Part shown: piece by piece, positions 7,134 to 15,428 of the stretch
How the letters are laid out: each line of letters opens with the position of its first letter
How positions within the stretch are numbered: position 1 is the first letter of the stretch
Notes under the pieces: model-generated
What the model was told of the DNA's origin: nothing
What the model saw: only the letters and a program-made list of their open reading frames with translations
Databases searched by the model: none
Source of the DNA: Rhodobacterales bacterium
Lineage (GTDB): Bacteria > Pseudomonadota > Alphaproteobacteria > Rhodobacterales > CAZPXZ01
Assembly (NCBI GenBank): GCA_965217995.1
Contig: CBDCKB010000004.1
Location: 1,283,788-1,347,787, forward strand
Direction: 5' to 3'
Length of the DNA stretch: 64,000 nt
Position numbers and translations under genes: made by a program

Positions 7134-10016
7134 CTAGGGCTGGGGATCTCCCGGCAGGGGCTTTGCCCCGACGGGAAAAGCGGGATTCCCGTCATCCAGG
7201 GAGTCGCTTTCCCACGGGCGCGCGGGCGAAAAACCGTCCTTTTTCGCGGTGCGCAGGGGCCGCCGTCTTCCGCGCCCGCCCGCCCGGGGGGCGCTTTCCG
7301 ACGGGGGTGCGCTGCCCCGCGGGTGCGCTGGCGGAAAATCATCCTCTTCCTTGTTGCGCAGGGGGCGCCGCCTTCCGCGTCCACCTTCCCGGGGGGCGCT
7401 TTCCGACGGGGGTGCGCTGTCCCGCGGGTGCGCTGGCGGGAAATCATCCTCTTCCTCGTTGCGCAGGGGCCGCCGTCTTCCGCGTCCACCCTCTCGGGGG
7501 GCGCTTTCCGACAGGGGTGCGCTGTCCCGCGGGTGCGCTGGCGGGAAATCATCCTCTTCCTCGTTGCGCAGGGGCCGTCGTCTTCCGCGTCCACCTTCCC
7601 GGGGGGCGCTTTCCGACAGGGATGCGCTGTCCCGCGGGTGCGCTGGCGGGAAATCATCCTCTTCCTCGTTGCGCAGGGGCCGTCGTCTTCCGCGTCCACC
7701 TTCCCGGGGGGCGCTTTCCGACAGGGGTGCGCTGTCCCGCGGGTGCGCGGGCGGGAAATCATCCTCTTCCTCGTTGCGCAGGGGCCGTCGTCTTCCGCGT
7801 CCACCTTCCCGGGGGGTGCTTTCCGACAGGGATGCGCTGTCCCGCGGGTGCGCTGGCGGGAAATCATCCTCTTCCTCGTTGCGCAGGGGCCGCCGTCTTC
7901 CGCGTCCACCCTCTCGGGGGGCGCTTTCCGACAGGGGTGCGCTGTCCCGCGGGTGCGCTGGCGGGAAATCATCCTCTTCCTCGTTGCGCAGGGGCCGTCG
8001 TCTTCCGCGTCCACCTTCCCGGGGGGCGCTTTCCGACAGGGATGCGCTGTCCCGCGGGTGCGCTGGCGGGAAATCATCCTCTTCCTCGTTGCGCAGGGGC
8101 CGCCGTCTTCCGCGTTCGCCCTCTAGAGGAGCGCTTTCCAACGGGGGAGCTGGCGAAACATCGTCCTCTCCCTCGCTGGGCCGCCGCCGTCCGCGCCCGC
8201 CGCGCCGGCTCCGGCGCCGCCGGCCGGAGCGGTCTGCGTCTCCCGCAGAATCCCGCGCTTCGCCCTCGCGGGTCTCCTCTTCCTCGTCGTCGGGAGACTC
8301 TTCCGTGCGGCTGCGTTCGGGCCGTTCCCTGCTGTCCTGCGGTTCGGTCCGGGTGGGCGGTTCGGCGCGATCCATCTGGCCGCCCCAGGAAAGATCGACT
8401 TTTCCGGCCTGCATGGAGGGATCTGCTGCGATCTCGATCTGCACCCCGTGCCGTTCCTCGATCACGTTGAGCGTCATGCGTTTGGTGTTGCTCAGGAAAT
8501 TGGCGACCCCGACGGAGACACGGAGCTTGGCGCGGCTTCCGGAGTGGGTGGCTGCCTGCTCCTCGGCCTGGCGCAAGGCGGACAGTCCGAAGGAGGCGTC
8601 GGTACGCATCCGTCCGCTTCCCGCACAATGCGGGCAGGGCTCGGTGGACATTTCCAGCATGCCTTTTTTGAGGCGCTGGCGGGACATTTCGAGAAGGCCG
8701 AAACCGGAAATCTGTCCGATCTGGCCCCGGGCCCGATCTGATTTCAGACATTCCTTCAGTCGGCTTTCCACGGCCCGGCGGTTGCGTCCGACATCCATGT
8801 CGATGAAGTCGATGACGATCAGGCCGGAAATATCCCGCAGCTGAAGCTGGCGGGCGACCTCCTCGGCCGCCTCGAGATTGGTATGCAGGGCCGTGTTTTC
8901 GATGTTCCGTTCCTTGGTGGAACGGCCGGAATTGACATCGATGCAGGTCATCGCCTCGACCGGTTCGAGGACGATCCAGCCTCCCGAGGGCAGCCGCACC
9001 TCCGGGTCGAAAAGCGCATCCAGCTGGTGGTCGACCTTGTGGCGGACGAAAATCTGGGTCTTTTCGTTGTATTGCTTGATGTTTTTCGCATGCGACGGCA
9101 TGAGCAGGCGCATGTACTGCTTGGCGTCGCGATAGGCGTCGTCGCCGTCGATCTGGATTGCGTCCATGTCCTTGTCATAGAGATCCCGGATCGCGCGGCG
9201 GATCAGACTGCTTTCCTCATGGATCAGACAGGGGGCATAGGATTCGAGTGTGGTGGTACGGATTTCCTCCCACTGCTTGAGAAGTGCCGCATAGTCACGC
9301 TTGATCTCGGCCTTGGTACGCTCGGAGCCGGCGGTGCGGATGATCACCCCGTGTTCGGGGGCGACGTCGAGCTCCTGGACGATGCTCTTCAGCCGGGTGC
9401 GGTTCTTCGAGGTGTCGATCTTGCGCGAGATCCCGCCCCCGCGGGCGGTGTTGGGGGCCAGCACGCAGTAGCGGCCGGCCAGCGACAGATAGGTGGTCAG
9501 GGCCGCGCCCTTGTTCCCCCGCGGCTCGCGGTAGATCTGCACCAGGAGAACCTGCCGCCGCTTGATGACCTCCTGGATGGCGTAATTCTTGGCCCGCGGC
9601 GGAGGCGGTCGGTTGATTTTCTCTTCTTCTTCTTCCGCATCAGGGTCGGGTTCATTCGCGGATTCGGTTTCGTTCCCTGTCTCGGAAGGCGGGGTGTCGT
9701 GGTCTTCACTTTCCCGTTCCGCATCGGCCGCCTTGCGGTCTTCGCGCAGCAGTACCTGCCGGTCGTGATCCGGAATCTGGTAGTAGTCCGGATGGATGTC
9801 GGGTAGCGCGAGAAACCCGTCCCGCTCGCCGCCATAATCGACAAAAGCGGCCTGCAGGGCCGGTTCTACATGCACTACGCGCGCAAGATAGATGTTTCCG
9901 CTGAGTTGCGCGTTCGCCTTGGCGTCGAATTCGAATGCGGTTAGGCGGCCATTGTTGATAATCGCTACCCGAGTTTCCTCGGGGTGGGCCGCGTCGATGA
10001 GCATTTGTTTTGCCAT
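7134..10016 (-). CDS. rne: Ribonuclease E
   Basis: Start at MAKQMLIDAAHPEETRVAIINNGRLTAFEFD (ATG 10016). It has the S1 and catalytic domains (GNIYLARVVHVEPALQAAFVDYG..., LVIDFIDM, CPHCAGSGR zinc link) and a long Arg- and acid-rich C-terminal region containing the repeats below. 960 aa. Confidence 0.93.
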   Translation of the reverse strand: MAKQMLIDAAHPEETRVAIINNGRLTAFEFDAKANAQLSGNIYLARVVHVEPALQAAFVDYGGERDGFLALPDIHPDYYQIPDHDRQVLLREDRKAADAERESEDHDTPPSETGNETESANEPDPDAEEEEEKINRPPPPRAKNYAIQEVIKRRQVLLVQIYREPRGNKGAALTTYLSLAGRYCVLAPNTARGGGISRKIDTSKNRTRLKSIVQELDVAPEHGVIIRTAGSERTKAEIKRDYAALLKQWEEIRTTTLESYAPCLIHEESSLIRRAIRDLYDKDMDAIQIDGDDAYRDAKQYMRLLMPSHAKNIKQYNEKTQIFVRHKVDHQLDALFDPEVRLPSGGWIVLEPVEAMTCIDVNSGRSTKERNIENTALHTNLEAAEEVARQLQLRDISGLIVIDFIDMDVGRNRRAVESRLKECLKSDRARGQIGQISGFGLLEMSRQRLKKGMLEMSTEPCPHCAGSGRMRTDASFGLSALRQAEEQAATHSGSRAKLRVSVGVANFLSNTKRMTLNVIEERHGVQIEIAADPSMQAGKVDLSWGGQMDRAEPPTRTEPQDSRERPERSRTEESPDDEEEETREGEARDSAGDADRSGRRRRSRRGGRGRRRPSEGEDDVSPAPPLESAPLEGERGRRRPLRNEEEDDFPPAHPRDSASLSESAPREGGRGRRRPLRNEEEDDFPPAHPRDSAPLSESAPREGGRGRRRPLRNEEEDDFPPAHPRDSASLSESTPREGGRGRRRPLRNEEEDDFPPAHPRDSAPLSESAPREGGRGRRRPLRNEEEDDFPPAHPRDSASLSESAPREGGRGRRRPLRNEEEDDFPPAHPRDSAPLSESAPREGGRGRRRPLRNEEEDDFPPAHPRDSAPPSESAPREGGRGRRRPLRNKEEDDFPPAHPRGSAPPSESAPRAGGRGRRRPLRTAKKDGFSPARPWESDSLDDGNPAFPVGAKPLPGDPQP
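7194..8138 (-). repeat. Nine in-frame tandem 105-bp (35-aa) repeats within the rne C-terminal region
   Basis: The landmark aaatcatcct recurs at 7441, 7546, 7651, 7756, 7861, 7966 and 8071, giving a 105-bp period. The peptide unit is ESAPREGGRGRRRPLRNEEEDDFPPAHPRDSA(S/P)LS. Eight copies are well conserved and one C-terminal copy is degenerate. Confidence 0.95.
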
Positions 10017-10384
10017 TGTTCCTGCCGGGAGCGCACAAGGGCGCTCCGCTTTGTCCAGGCATGGGAGCCATGTTCGAAGACTGCGCCGGGGCGCGTCAGA
10101 AGAAATGAGGCCATCATGCGTCCTCGGTGCCGTCGTGCAGCGCACGACGCCTGATTGGAAGGCGCGGGACGATGCCCGCAACCATGTTGCATCCGCCAAA
10201 CCACAGACCCGAATCGGGTGGGGAATTCGCGGGTGCAGGATCATCCCATAAAAAATGGGCGAAATCACGGCGGCGCGGGGACGGAAACTCCAAGAGGCTT
10301 TCCTGAAACCAAAATCCGCGCAACCACTGCGTTATTTGGGGAGGATAAGGCATTTCTGTCCCAAAGCAAGCCGCTTTGTCACGA

Positions 10385-11050
10385 TCAGCCGAAAAACGTT
10401 GCCATGACACCGTCCAGAATGAATTGCGCGGCGAGCGCGGCCATCAGAATGCCGAGAAGACGTGTGAACACGAGGGTGACAGACGGGCCGAGGCCACCGC
10501 CGAAACGGCTGGCAAGAAGAAACAGCGCCAGAGAGAAAACCAGAATGGCCAGCAACATGCCGACCAGCAGAGTCATGCCGCCAAGGCTGTCGCCATGAGG
10601 ACCGGCGGAGAGCAGCAGCACGGTGGCGATGGCGCCGGGCCCGGCAAGGAGCGGAATGGCGATCGGAAACACCGCGATCTCATGCACGCTGTCGGAATCG
10701 TCATCCTGCGCCCGCTCGCTCAGCGCGCGTTCGGCTGCCCGTTCGCGCCGCTTCCCGCGCTTGCCGAACACCATCTCGATCGCGATCAGAAACAGCAGGA
10801 GGCCGCCGGCGATCCGGAAGGCCGGCAGCCCGATGCCGAGCAGGCGGAGGACTTCGCCACCGCCGGCGGCGAACAGGATGAAGGTGATGCCGGCGATGAT
10901 ATGCGCGTTGATCGCCGTGCGTCTGCGGACGCGAATTTCCTGATGCGCGGTGAGGCTGACAAAGATCCACGCCGCGGCAAACGGGTCGATGATGATCGTC
11001 AGAGTCAGCCCGAGGCTGAGGAGTTCCTGCAGTGACCAGATATCCGTCAT
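10385..11050 (-). CDS. MarC-family (UPF0056) integral membrane protein
   Basis: ORF 10385..11068, with an ATG at 11050 (MTDIWSLQELL...). It is multi-pass hydrophobic, with IIDPFAA near the N-terminus and FPIAIPLLAGPGAI typical of the MarC family. Confidence 0.8.
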   Translation of the reverse strand: MTDIWSLQELLSLGLTLTIIIDPFAAAWIFVSLTAHQEIRVRRRTAINAHIIAGITFILFAAGGGEVLRLLGIGLPAFRIAGGLLLFLIAIEMVFGKRGKRRERAAERALSERAQDDDSDSVHEIAVFPIAIPLLAGPGAIATVLLLSAGPHGDSLGGMTLLVGMLLAILVFSLALFLLASRFGGGLGPSVTLVFTRLLGILMAALAAQFILDGVMATFFG

Positions 11051-11180
11051 GGTGTGTACCTTTTCCAATCTTCCGGCCCGTGCGGTCCGATTCGGTTCCC
11101 GGCCGTCCGAAAGAGCGGGGGAGGCGGAGACTTGCTACAAAATGGGGGTTGTTCCCCATTTCGGCAACTCCGCTTCCGGC

Positions 11181-12119
11181 ATGATCGATCTGACGCTCGC
11201 AGAGACTCCTTCCAATCCGGCCCCCCCCGGCGGGTACTGCTTTGCCGTCGACACCGCGGACGGGTTGGTCCTGCGCGCCGCAGTCTGGGAGGCGCCTGCC
11301 ACGAAAGGGACGACGATTGTCTATCCCGGCCGCGCGGAGCCGATCGAACTCTATTTTCCGGTCATCCGGTTTCTGCTTTCGCTCGGCTGGTCCGTAGCCG
11401 CTGTGGACTGGCGCGGCCAGGGGCGCAGCACGCGGGTTCTGCCCGACCCGCGCAAAGGCCATGTCAAAAGTTTTCTGGAATACCAGCAGGATACCGCAGC
11501 CTTGCTGGCTGCGCCCGGGATCGCGGCCCTGCCACGGCCACGTGTGCTCGTCTGCCATTCCATGGGAAGTGCCATCGCCATCCGCCAGCTCTCGGCGCAG
11601 CCGGATGCCGCCGATGCCATGGTGCTCTGCGCACCGCTTTTGCAGCTGCGGTTTGGTCGCGTCGGCAATCTTCTTCTCTGCGGCCTCGCCCGCCTGATAT
11701 CCGGAATGGGTGGGGAAAACCGCTATGCCAGCATCCGGGGCGGGACATCTGTTGCGCAGATGGGATTTCCGGGCAACCCCCTGACCGGGTCGCCGGAACG
11801 CTTCGCGGTCCTTCAGGAAATCGAGGAAACGATCCCGGGACTCGCCATCGGCGGTCCAAGCTGGGCCTGGCTCCGGGCCTGGTATCGGGACGGTGCCGAA
11901 TTGCGCCGGCTGCCGCCTCCGACGGTGCCGGTTCTGTTGCTGGTCAGTGCCCGGGACCGGGTGGTCGCGCCGGGGCCGGTGGTGGAATTCGCCCGGCGGA
12001 CCGCGAAATCCCGCCTCCTTGTGCTGGAGGAAGGCGAGCACAGTCTGCTGATCGAACGGGACGGGATCCGCGATCCGGTTCTCATGGAGATAGCCGGGTT
12101 TCTCAAAACATTCGCCTAG
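11181..12119 (+). CDS. Alpha/beta hydrolase (lysophospholipase-like)
   Basis: C-terminal part of ORF 10950..12119. It has the nucleophile elbow CHSMGS, plus DWRGQGRS and a late EGEHSLL. The start is ATG 11181 (alternative 11142). Confidence 0.75.
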   Translation: MIDLTLAETPSNPAPPGGYCFAVDTADGLVLRAAVWEAPATKGTTIVYPGRAEPIELYFPVIRFLLSLGWSVAAVDWRGQGRSTRVLPDPRKGHVKSFLEYQQDTAALLAAPGIAALPRPRVLVCHSMGSAIAIRQLSAQPDAADAMVLCAPLLQLRFGRVGNLLLCGLARLISGMGGENRYASIRGGTSVAQMGFPGNPLTGSPERFAVLQEIEETIPGLAIGGPSWAWLRAWYRDGAELRRLPPPTVPVLLLVSARDRVVAPGPVVEFARRTAKSRLLVLEEGEHSLLIERDGIRDPVLMEIAGFLKTFA

Positions 12120-12841
12120 GTGTGGAAGTTCATCTGGTTGCCCTCGTCCAGCTCCGGTCGGCTGATGGATGTCTGCTTTTCAGGCGGTCGTGAGGTCGGT
12201 GCCGGTTGCAACGATGAAACCGGTCGGATCGTTGCGGGGAGATCGGGCAGGTGGCCGCATAGGCCATTTCTTGGGGGCGGTCTGTATGTAACGCCCGGCC
12301 TTGTCGTGGATGCCCGGGGGGAGGAGCGCGACGGATATGGCAGATGTCGGGGCCGGTGCTGCGTTGCGGCAGACTCTGGAGGGAGCGCCGGATCCGTCGG
12401 CGGTCGTGAGACGCTCAATGGGGAGGTCGAAATTCGGGCAGCCGGCGATCACAACCTCAAGAAAGGCGTTGCGGATCAAGCGGTTTCGCCGGGCATCCTC
12501 CAGCACCGGACATCAAGGCGGGCCCGGCCCGAACCGCTCCGGAGCGGCGGATTTGACACCTCGGGAGAGATTTGTAATTTCCCCACCATGACTGATGCAC
12601 CGAGCCCCGGGGAATCGCGCATGGACGGTCCGTCCGCCCGCAAACCCCACCCTGTCCTCACTCCCGCAGCACAGCGGGCGTGCGGCTTGCTGCATGCATC
12701 GGCAGCACCTCCCGTACCGGAACCATCGCCGGTCGTCCGGGACCGCCTGCTCCCACCAGGGTCGGCGGATTTCGGACCAGCGGCTGGTGCAGGTGTTTCT
12801 GCCCGCAACAGGCCCGCCCAAACGCAGCGACACCCAAAAAG

Positions 12842-13939
12842 ATGGTATTTCCAATGGCCTCAGGACAGCAATCTCAGGCAACCTTTCGGCACAAACCCCG
12901 GCATGATGCCTGTTACAAGCAGCTCTTTGACCATGCGGTGGTGGTCAAAGATCTGATCTCCGGATTCATAGCTCCGCATCTGAGTGATAAGTTTAATTTT
13001 TCCACACTGGAAAAAGTCCCGTCCTCTTACGTAAGCAACAGCCTGAAGCAGCGTCACATCGACCGGGTCTGGCGCGTCCGCCTTCGTGGCAGCGGCCGGT
13101 GGCTGTACATCCTGCTGGAATTCCAGTCCACGGTCGATCTGCTCATGGGGGTGCGCATGCTGACCTATATCGGGCTGCTGTATGAGGATATTTGCCGGAA
13201 CAAGGCGAATCTCGGGCCGCAGGGCGAACTTCCGGAGATATGGCCGATTGTTCTCTTCAACGGCGACACGCCGTGGACTGCACCGCTCACTATCAATGCG
13301 GTGGCACTGACCCGGGGCGATGGGCATCGGGATCAAGTGTTCCCGGAGTATTTTGTGTTCTGCCAACAGGAGTATCCGTTGGACGATTTGCCACCGGACA
13401 ATGTTGTATCGCTCCTGATCAGACTGGAACGAATACCCCGGTCCGGCGCACCGATGGACCAGCTGCTGGATGATATCAGGGCATGGTTACGGAAATTTGA
13501 CAAGGATGATTACACCCGGCAGAGTCTCATCAGGGCGATTAGCAACTGGGTTGGGGAGTATCTGATGCTGAAAGACAAAATTGACTCCAGTCTTGATCCG
13601 TGGGATCAGCTGGAGCGGATGCAGAACCTCGCGATGAATTGGGAAGCCCCGGAATGGGCGCAGGGATGGCTTGAGGAAGGGCTTGCGAAAGGCCGGACGG
13701 AAGGCCGGACGGAAGGGATCGAGGAAGGGATCGAAAAAGGCCGGACGGAAGTGCTGGGGGCAATTCGGAAGAGTCTGTACCTTCAGGCCGGGTCGAGATT
13801 TGATCCGGAAACGGTCGGCCGGCTGACCCAGCATCTGGATCAGGTATCCGATCCGGAGCGGCTGTTGGAGATTTCCGGGAAGATCCACGAAGGCGCAACC
13901 TGTGCCGCGCTTCTCAAATGTCTCAAAAACCGATCATAG
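12842..13939 (+). CDS. Rpn-family recombination-promoting nuclease (YhgA-like PD-(D/E)XK, annotated 'putative transposase' in some databases)
   Basis: ATG 12842 within ORF 12680..13939. The N-terminal half (HDACYKQLFDH..VVKDLISGF...IDRVWRVRL...WLYILLEFQSTVD..MGVRMLTYIGLLYE...LPEIWPIVLFNGDTPW) matches the Rpn/YhgA-like nuclease core pattern. The C-terminal third is a separate Lys/Glu/Arg-rich domain. Confidence 0.85.
   Translation: MVFPMASGQQSQATFRHKPRHDACYKQLFDHAVVVKDLISGFIAPHLSDKFNFSTLEKVPSSYVSNSLKQRHIDRVWRVRLRGSGRWLYILLEFQSTVDLLMGVRMLTYIGLLYEDICRNKANLGPQGELPEIWPIVLFNGDTPWTAPLTINAVALTRGDGHRDQVFPEYFVFCQQEYPLDDLPPDNVVSLLIRLERIPRSGAPMDQLLDDIRAWLRKFDKDDYTRQSLIRAISNWVGEYLMLKDKIDSSLDPWDQLERMQNLAMNWEAPEWAQGWLEEGLAKGRTEGRTEGIEEGIEKGRTEVLGAIRKSLYLQAGSRFDPETVGRLTQHLDQVSDPERLLEISGKIHEGATCAALLKCLKNRS
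13553..13567 (+). promoter_or_regulatory. Internal Shine-Dalgarno-like GGGGAG plus in-frame ATG inside the rpn gene (candidate RpnS-type internal start)
   Basis: GGGGAG at 13553-13558 lies 6 nt upstream of the in-frame ATG at 13565 (codon 242 of 365). The identical element (14018-14032) precedes the free-standing duplicate ORF. Confidence 0.35.
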
Positions 13940-14029
13940 TCGATCGGATGCTCCTTTGCGGCCCATGAGGATGATTTCACCCGGCAGAGTCTCGCCAGGA
14001 CGTTCAGCAACTGGGTTGGGGAGTATCTG

Positions 14030-14440
14030 ATGCTGAAAGACAAAATTGACTCCAGTCTTGATCCGTGGGATCAGCTGGAGCGGATGCAGAACCTCGCGAT
14101 GAATTGGGAAGCCCCGGAATGGGCGCAGGGATGGCTTGAGGAAGGGCTTGCGAAAGGCCGGACGGAAGGCCGGACGGAAGGGATCGAAAAAGGCCGGACG
14201 GAAGGGATCGAAAAAGGCCGGACGGAAGGGATCGAAAAAGGCCGGACGGAAGTGCTGGGGGCAATTCGGAAGAGTCTGTACCTTCAGGCCGGGTCGAGAT
14301 TTGATCCGGAAACGGTCGGCCGGCTGACCCAGCATCTGGATCAGGTATCCGATCCGGAGCGGCTGTTGGAGATTTTCGGGAAGATCCACGAAGGCGCAAC
14401 CTGTGCCGCGCTGCTCAAATGTATCAAAAACCGATCATAG
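14030..14440 (+). CDS. Free-standing duplicate of the Rpn C-terminal domain (136 aa)
   Basis: MLKDKIDSSLDPWDQLERMQNLAMNWEAPEWAQGWLEEGLAKGRTEG... is collinear with Rpn residues 242-365. It keeps the SD-like GGGGAG upstream and contains three GIEKGRTE units where the parent has EGIEEGIEKGRTE. I cannot tell from sequence whether it is expressed or is only a duplication remnant. Confidence 0.55.
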   Translation: MLKDKIDSSLDPWDQLERMQNLAMNWEAPEWAQGWLEEGLAKGRTEGRTEGIEKGRTEGIEKGRTEGIEKGRTEVLGAIRKSLYLQAGSRFDPETVGRLTQHLDQVSDPERLLEIFGKIHEGATCAALLKCIKNRS

Positions 14441-14591
14441 TCGATCGGATGCTCCTTTGCGGCAGGCGGGGTAGATGTGTTGCCGGCCCGAATCAAAAAT
14501 GCCCTCCAACCATCCTGAAGTAGGGCGGGCATAAAACCGAACCCAGGCACTGATGGCGACGGTCAGGGCCGAATGGCGACCTGCTGGCAGA

Positions 14592-15428
14592 TCACACCTG
14601 GGCCTCTCCGGCGGCGGCGAGTTTTGCCATGGCCAGCTGGTGGAATTCCCGGCATCCGGCCGCGAGCACCCGGCCGCCACCGGCACAGTCGCTTCCGTCC
14701 CAGCCGGTGATGACGCCACCGGCCCCCTCTACCACGGGTATCAGCGCTGCGACGTCATAGGCCTGCAATCCTGATTCGACCACGAGATCAAGATGCCCGT
14801 CGGCGAGGAGCGCGTATTGATAGGCGTCACCGCCATGCCGACTGAGTCTGCATTCTGTCTCCAAGGTGCGGAAGGCGTGGCAATCTGAAGCTGTTGCGAA
14901 AGCGTCGGGATGTGTGGTGGCGATCACCGCCTTCGGAAACCCGGTGCAGGAGCGGGTCTGCATCCTCCGCGACCCGTCGCGGCCGGAAAATCCAGATTCC
15001 CGGGTCGGGTCGTTTGTAATTCCCCAATACCGTTCGCCGATATAGGGCTGGTCGATCACGCCGAGGACCGGCCGGGTGCCTTCCTGCAGGCCGATCAGAA
15101 TCGTCCAGAGCGGGAATCCGGCGATAAAGGAGCGGGTGCCGTCGATCGGGTCGATCACCCAGGTAAGGCCGCTGCGACTCTCGGAATTTCCGAATTCCTC
15201 GCCGATGATTCCGTCGTCCGGGCGGATTCGGGCCAGGGCTTCGCGGATTGCCAGTTCGCTCTCCCGGTCCGCGGCCGTGACCGGATCGAAGCCGCTTGCG
15301 TCCTTGTTTTTGACTTCCAGGCCGATGGTCCGGAAATGGCGTAGGGCGGGCTCCGCGGCAGCCTCCGCGAGTTGCCCGGCAACGGCAAGAAGTTCCCGCG
15401 CGGCGCGGGCCGAAATTTTTTGCGCCAT
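14592..15428 (-). CDS. Inositol monophosphatase-family protein (possibly histidinol-phosphatase HisN)
   Basis: Start at MAQKISARAARELL (15428) within ORF 14592..15659. IMPase motifs are present (DPVTAADRESE, WVIDPIDGTRSF, DVAALIPVVEGAGG). Confidence 0.8.
   Translation of the reverse strand: MAQKISARAARELLAVAGQLAEAAAEPALRHFRTIGLEVKNKDASGFDPVTAADRESELAIREALARIRPDDGIIGEEFGNSESRSGLTWVIDPIDGTRSFIAGFPLWTILIGLQEGTRPVLGVIDQPYIGERYWGITNDPTRESGFSGRDGSRRMQTRSCTGFPKAVIATTHPDAFATASDCHAFRTLETECRLSRHGGDAYQYALLADGHLDLVVESGLQAYDVAALIPVVEGAGGVITGWDGSDCAGGGRVLAAGCREFHQLAMAKLAAAGEAQV

Larger units (their letters stand above)
13503..14463 (+). repeat. Tandem direct duplication of the rpn 3' portion (copy 1 ~13503..13962, copy 2 ~13968..14463)
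   Basis: Equivalent landmarks before the internal 24-bp repeat (e.g. ATG 13565 and ATG 14030) are offset by 465 bp, which is in-frame. Past that repeat the offset becomes 501 bp, and both copies end in tcgatcggatgctcctttgcggc. The sequences are nearly identical apart from a more diverged first ~50 bp, three substitutions near the 3' end, and a different copy number of the internal 24-bp unit. Confidence 0.9.

Noticed and set aside
7073-8077. N-terminal 335 aa of the 781-aa minus-strand track ORF (5732..8077), made of repeated MISRQRTRGTAHPCRKAPPGKVDAEDDGPCATRKR units
   Set aside because: This is an alternative frame of the rne 105-bp repeats on the same strand. The M48 protease has its own signal-peptide start at 7072. 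The inter-unit substitutions are synonymous in the rne frame, not in this one.
7194-8138. Possibility that the regular repeats (here and at 48710..49735) are CRISPR arrays
   Set aside because: The units are contiguous with no unique spacers. The periods are exact multiples of 3 inside long conserved ORFs. No cas genes are present.
6731-8844. Plus-strand ORFs 6731..8470 (579 aa), 6837..8126 (429 aa) and 7249..8844 (531 aa), all with repetitive Arg/Gly/Pro-rich translations
   Set aside because: They are antisense to the M48 gene and rne. They stay open only because the GC-rich repeat lacks stop codons in all six frames. They have no protein-like features.
12180-12506. 108-aa minus-strand ORF (MLEDARRNRLIRNAFLEVVIAGCPNFDL...NDPTGFIVATGTDLTTA) with fairly high GC3, possibly a VOC/glyoxalase-like remnant. 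A second frame nearby ends ...LDEGNQMNFHT.
   Set aside because: The only resemblance is a DP.G-type C-terminal motif. There are no metal-binding or other diagnostic residues that I can recognise. It overlaps equally long ORFs in other frames. I cannot support a call without a homology search.
12842-14463. Calling the Rpn locus a transposon or mobile element, since the family is often labelled 'putative transposase'
   Set aside because: I found no terminal inverted repeats or target-site duplication flanking the locus. The only repeat is the internal tandem duplication. Rpn proteins are nucleases, not demonstrated transposases.
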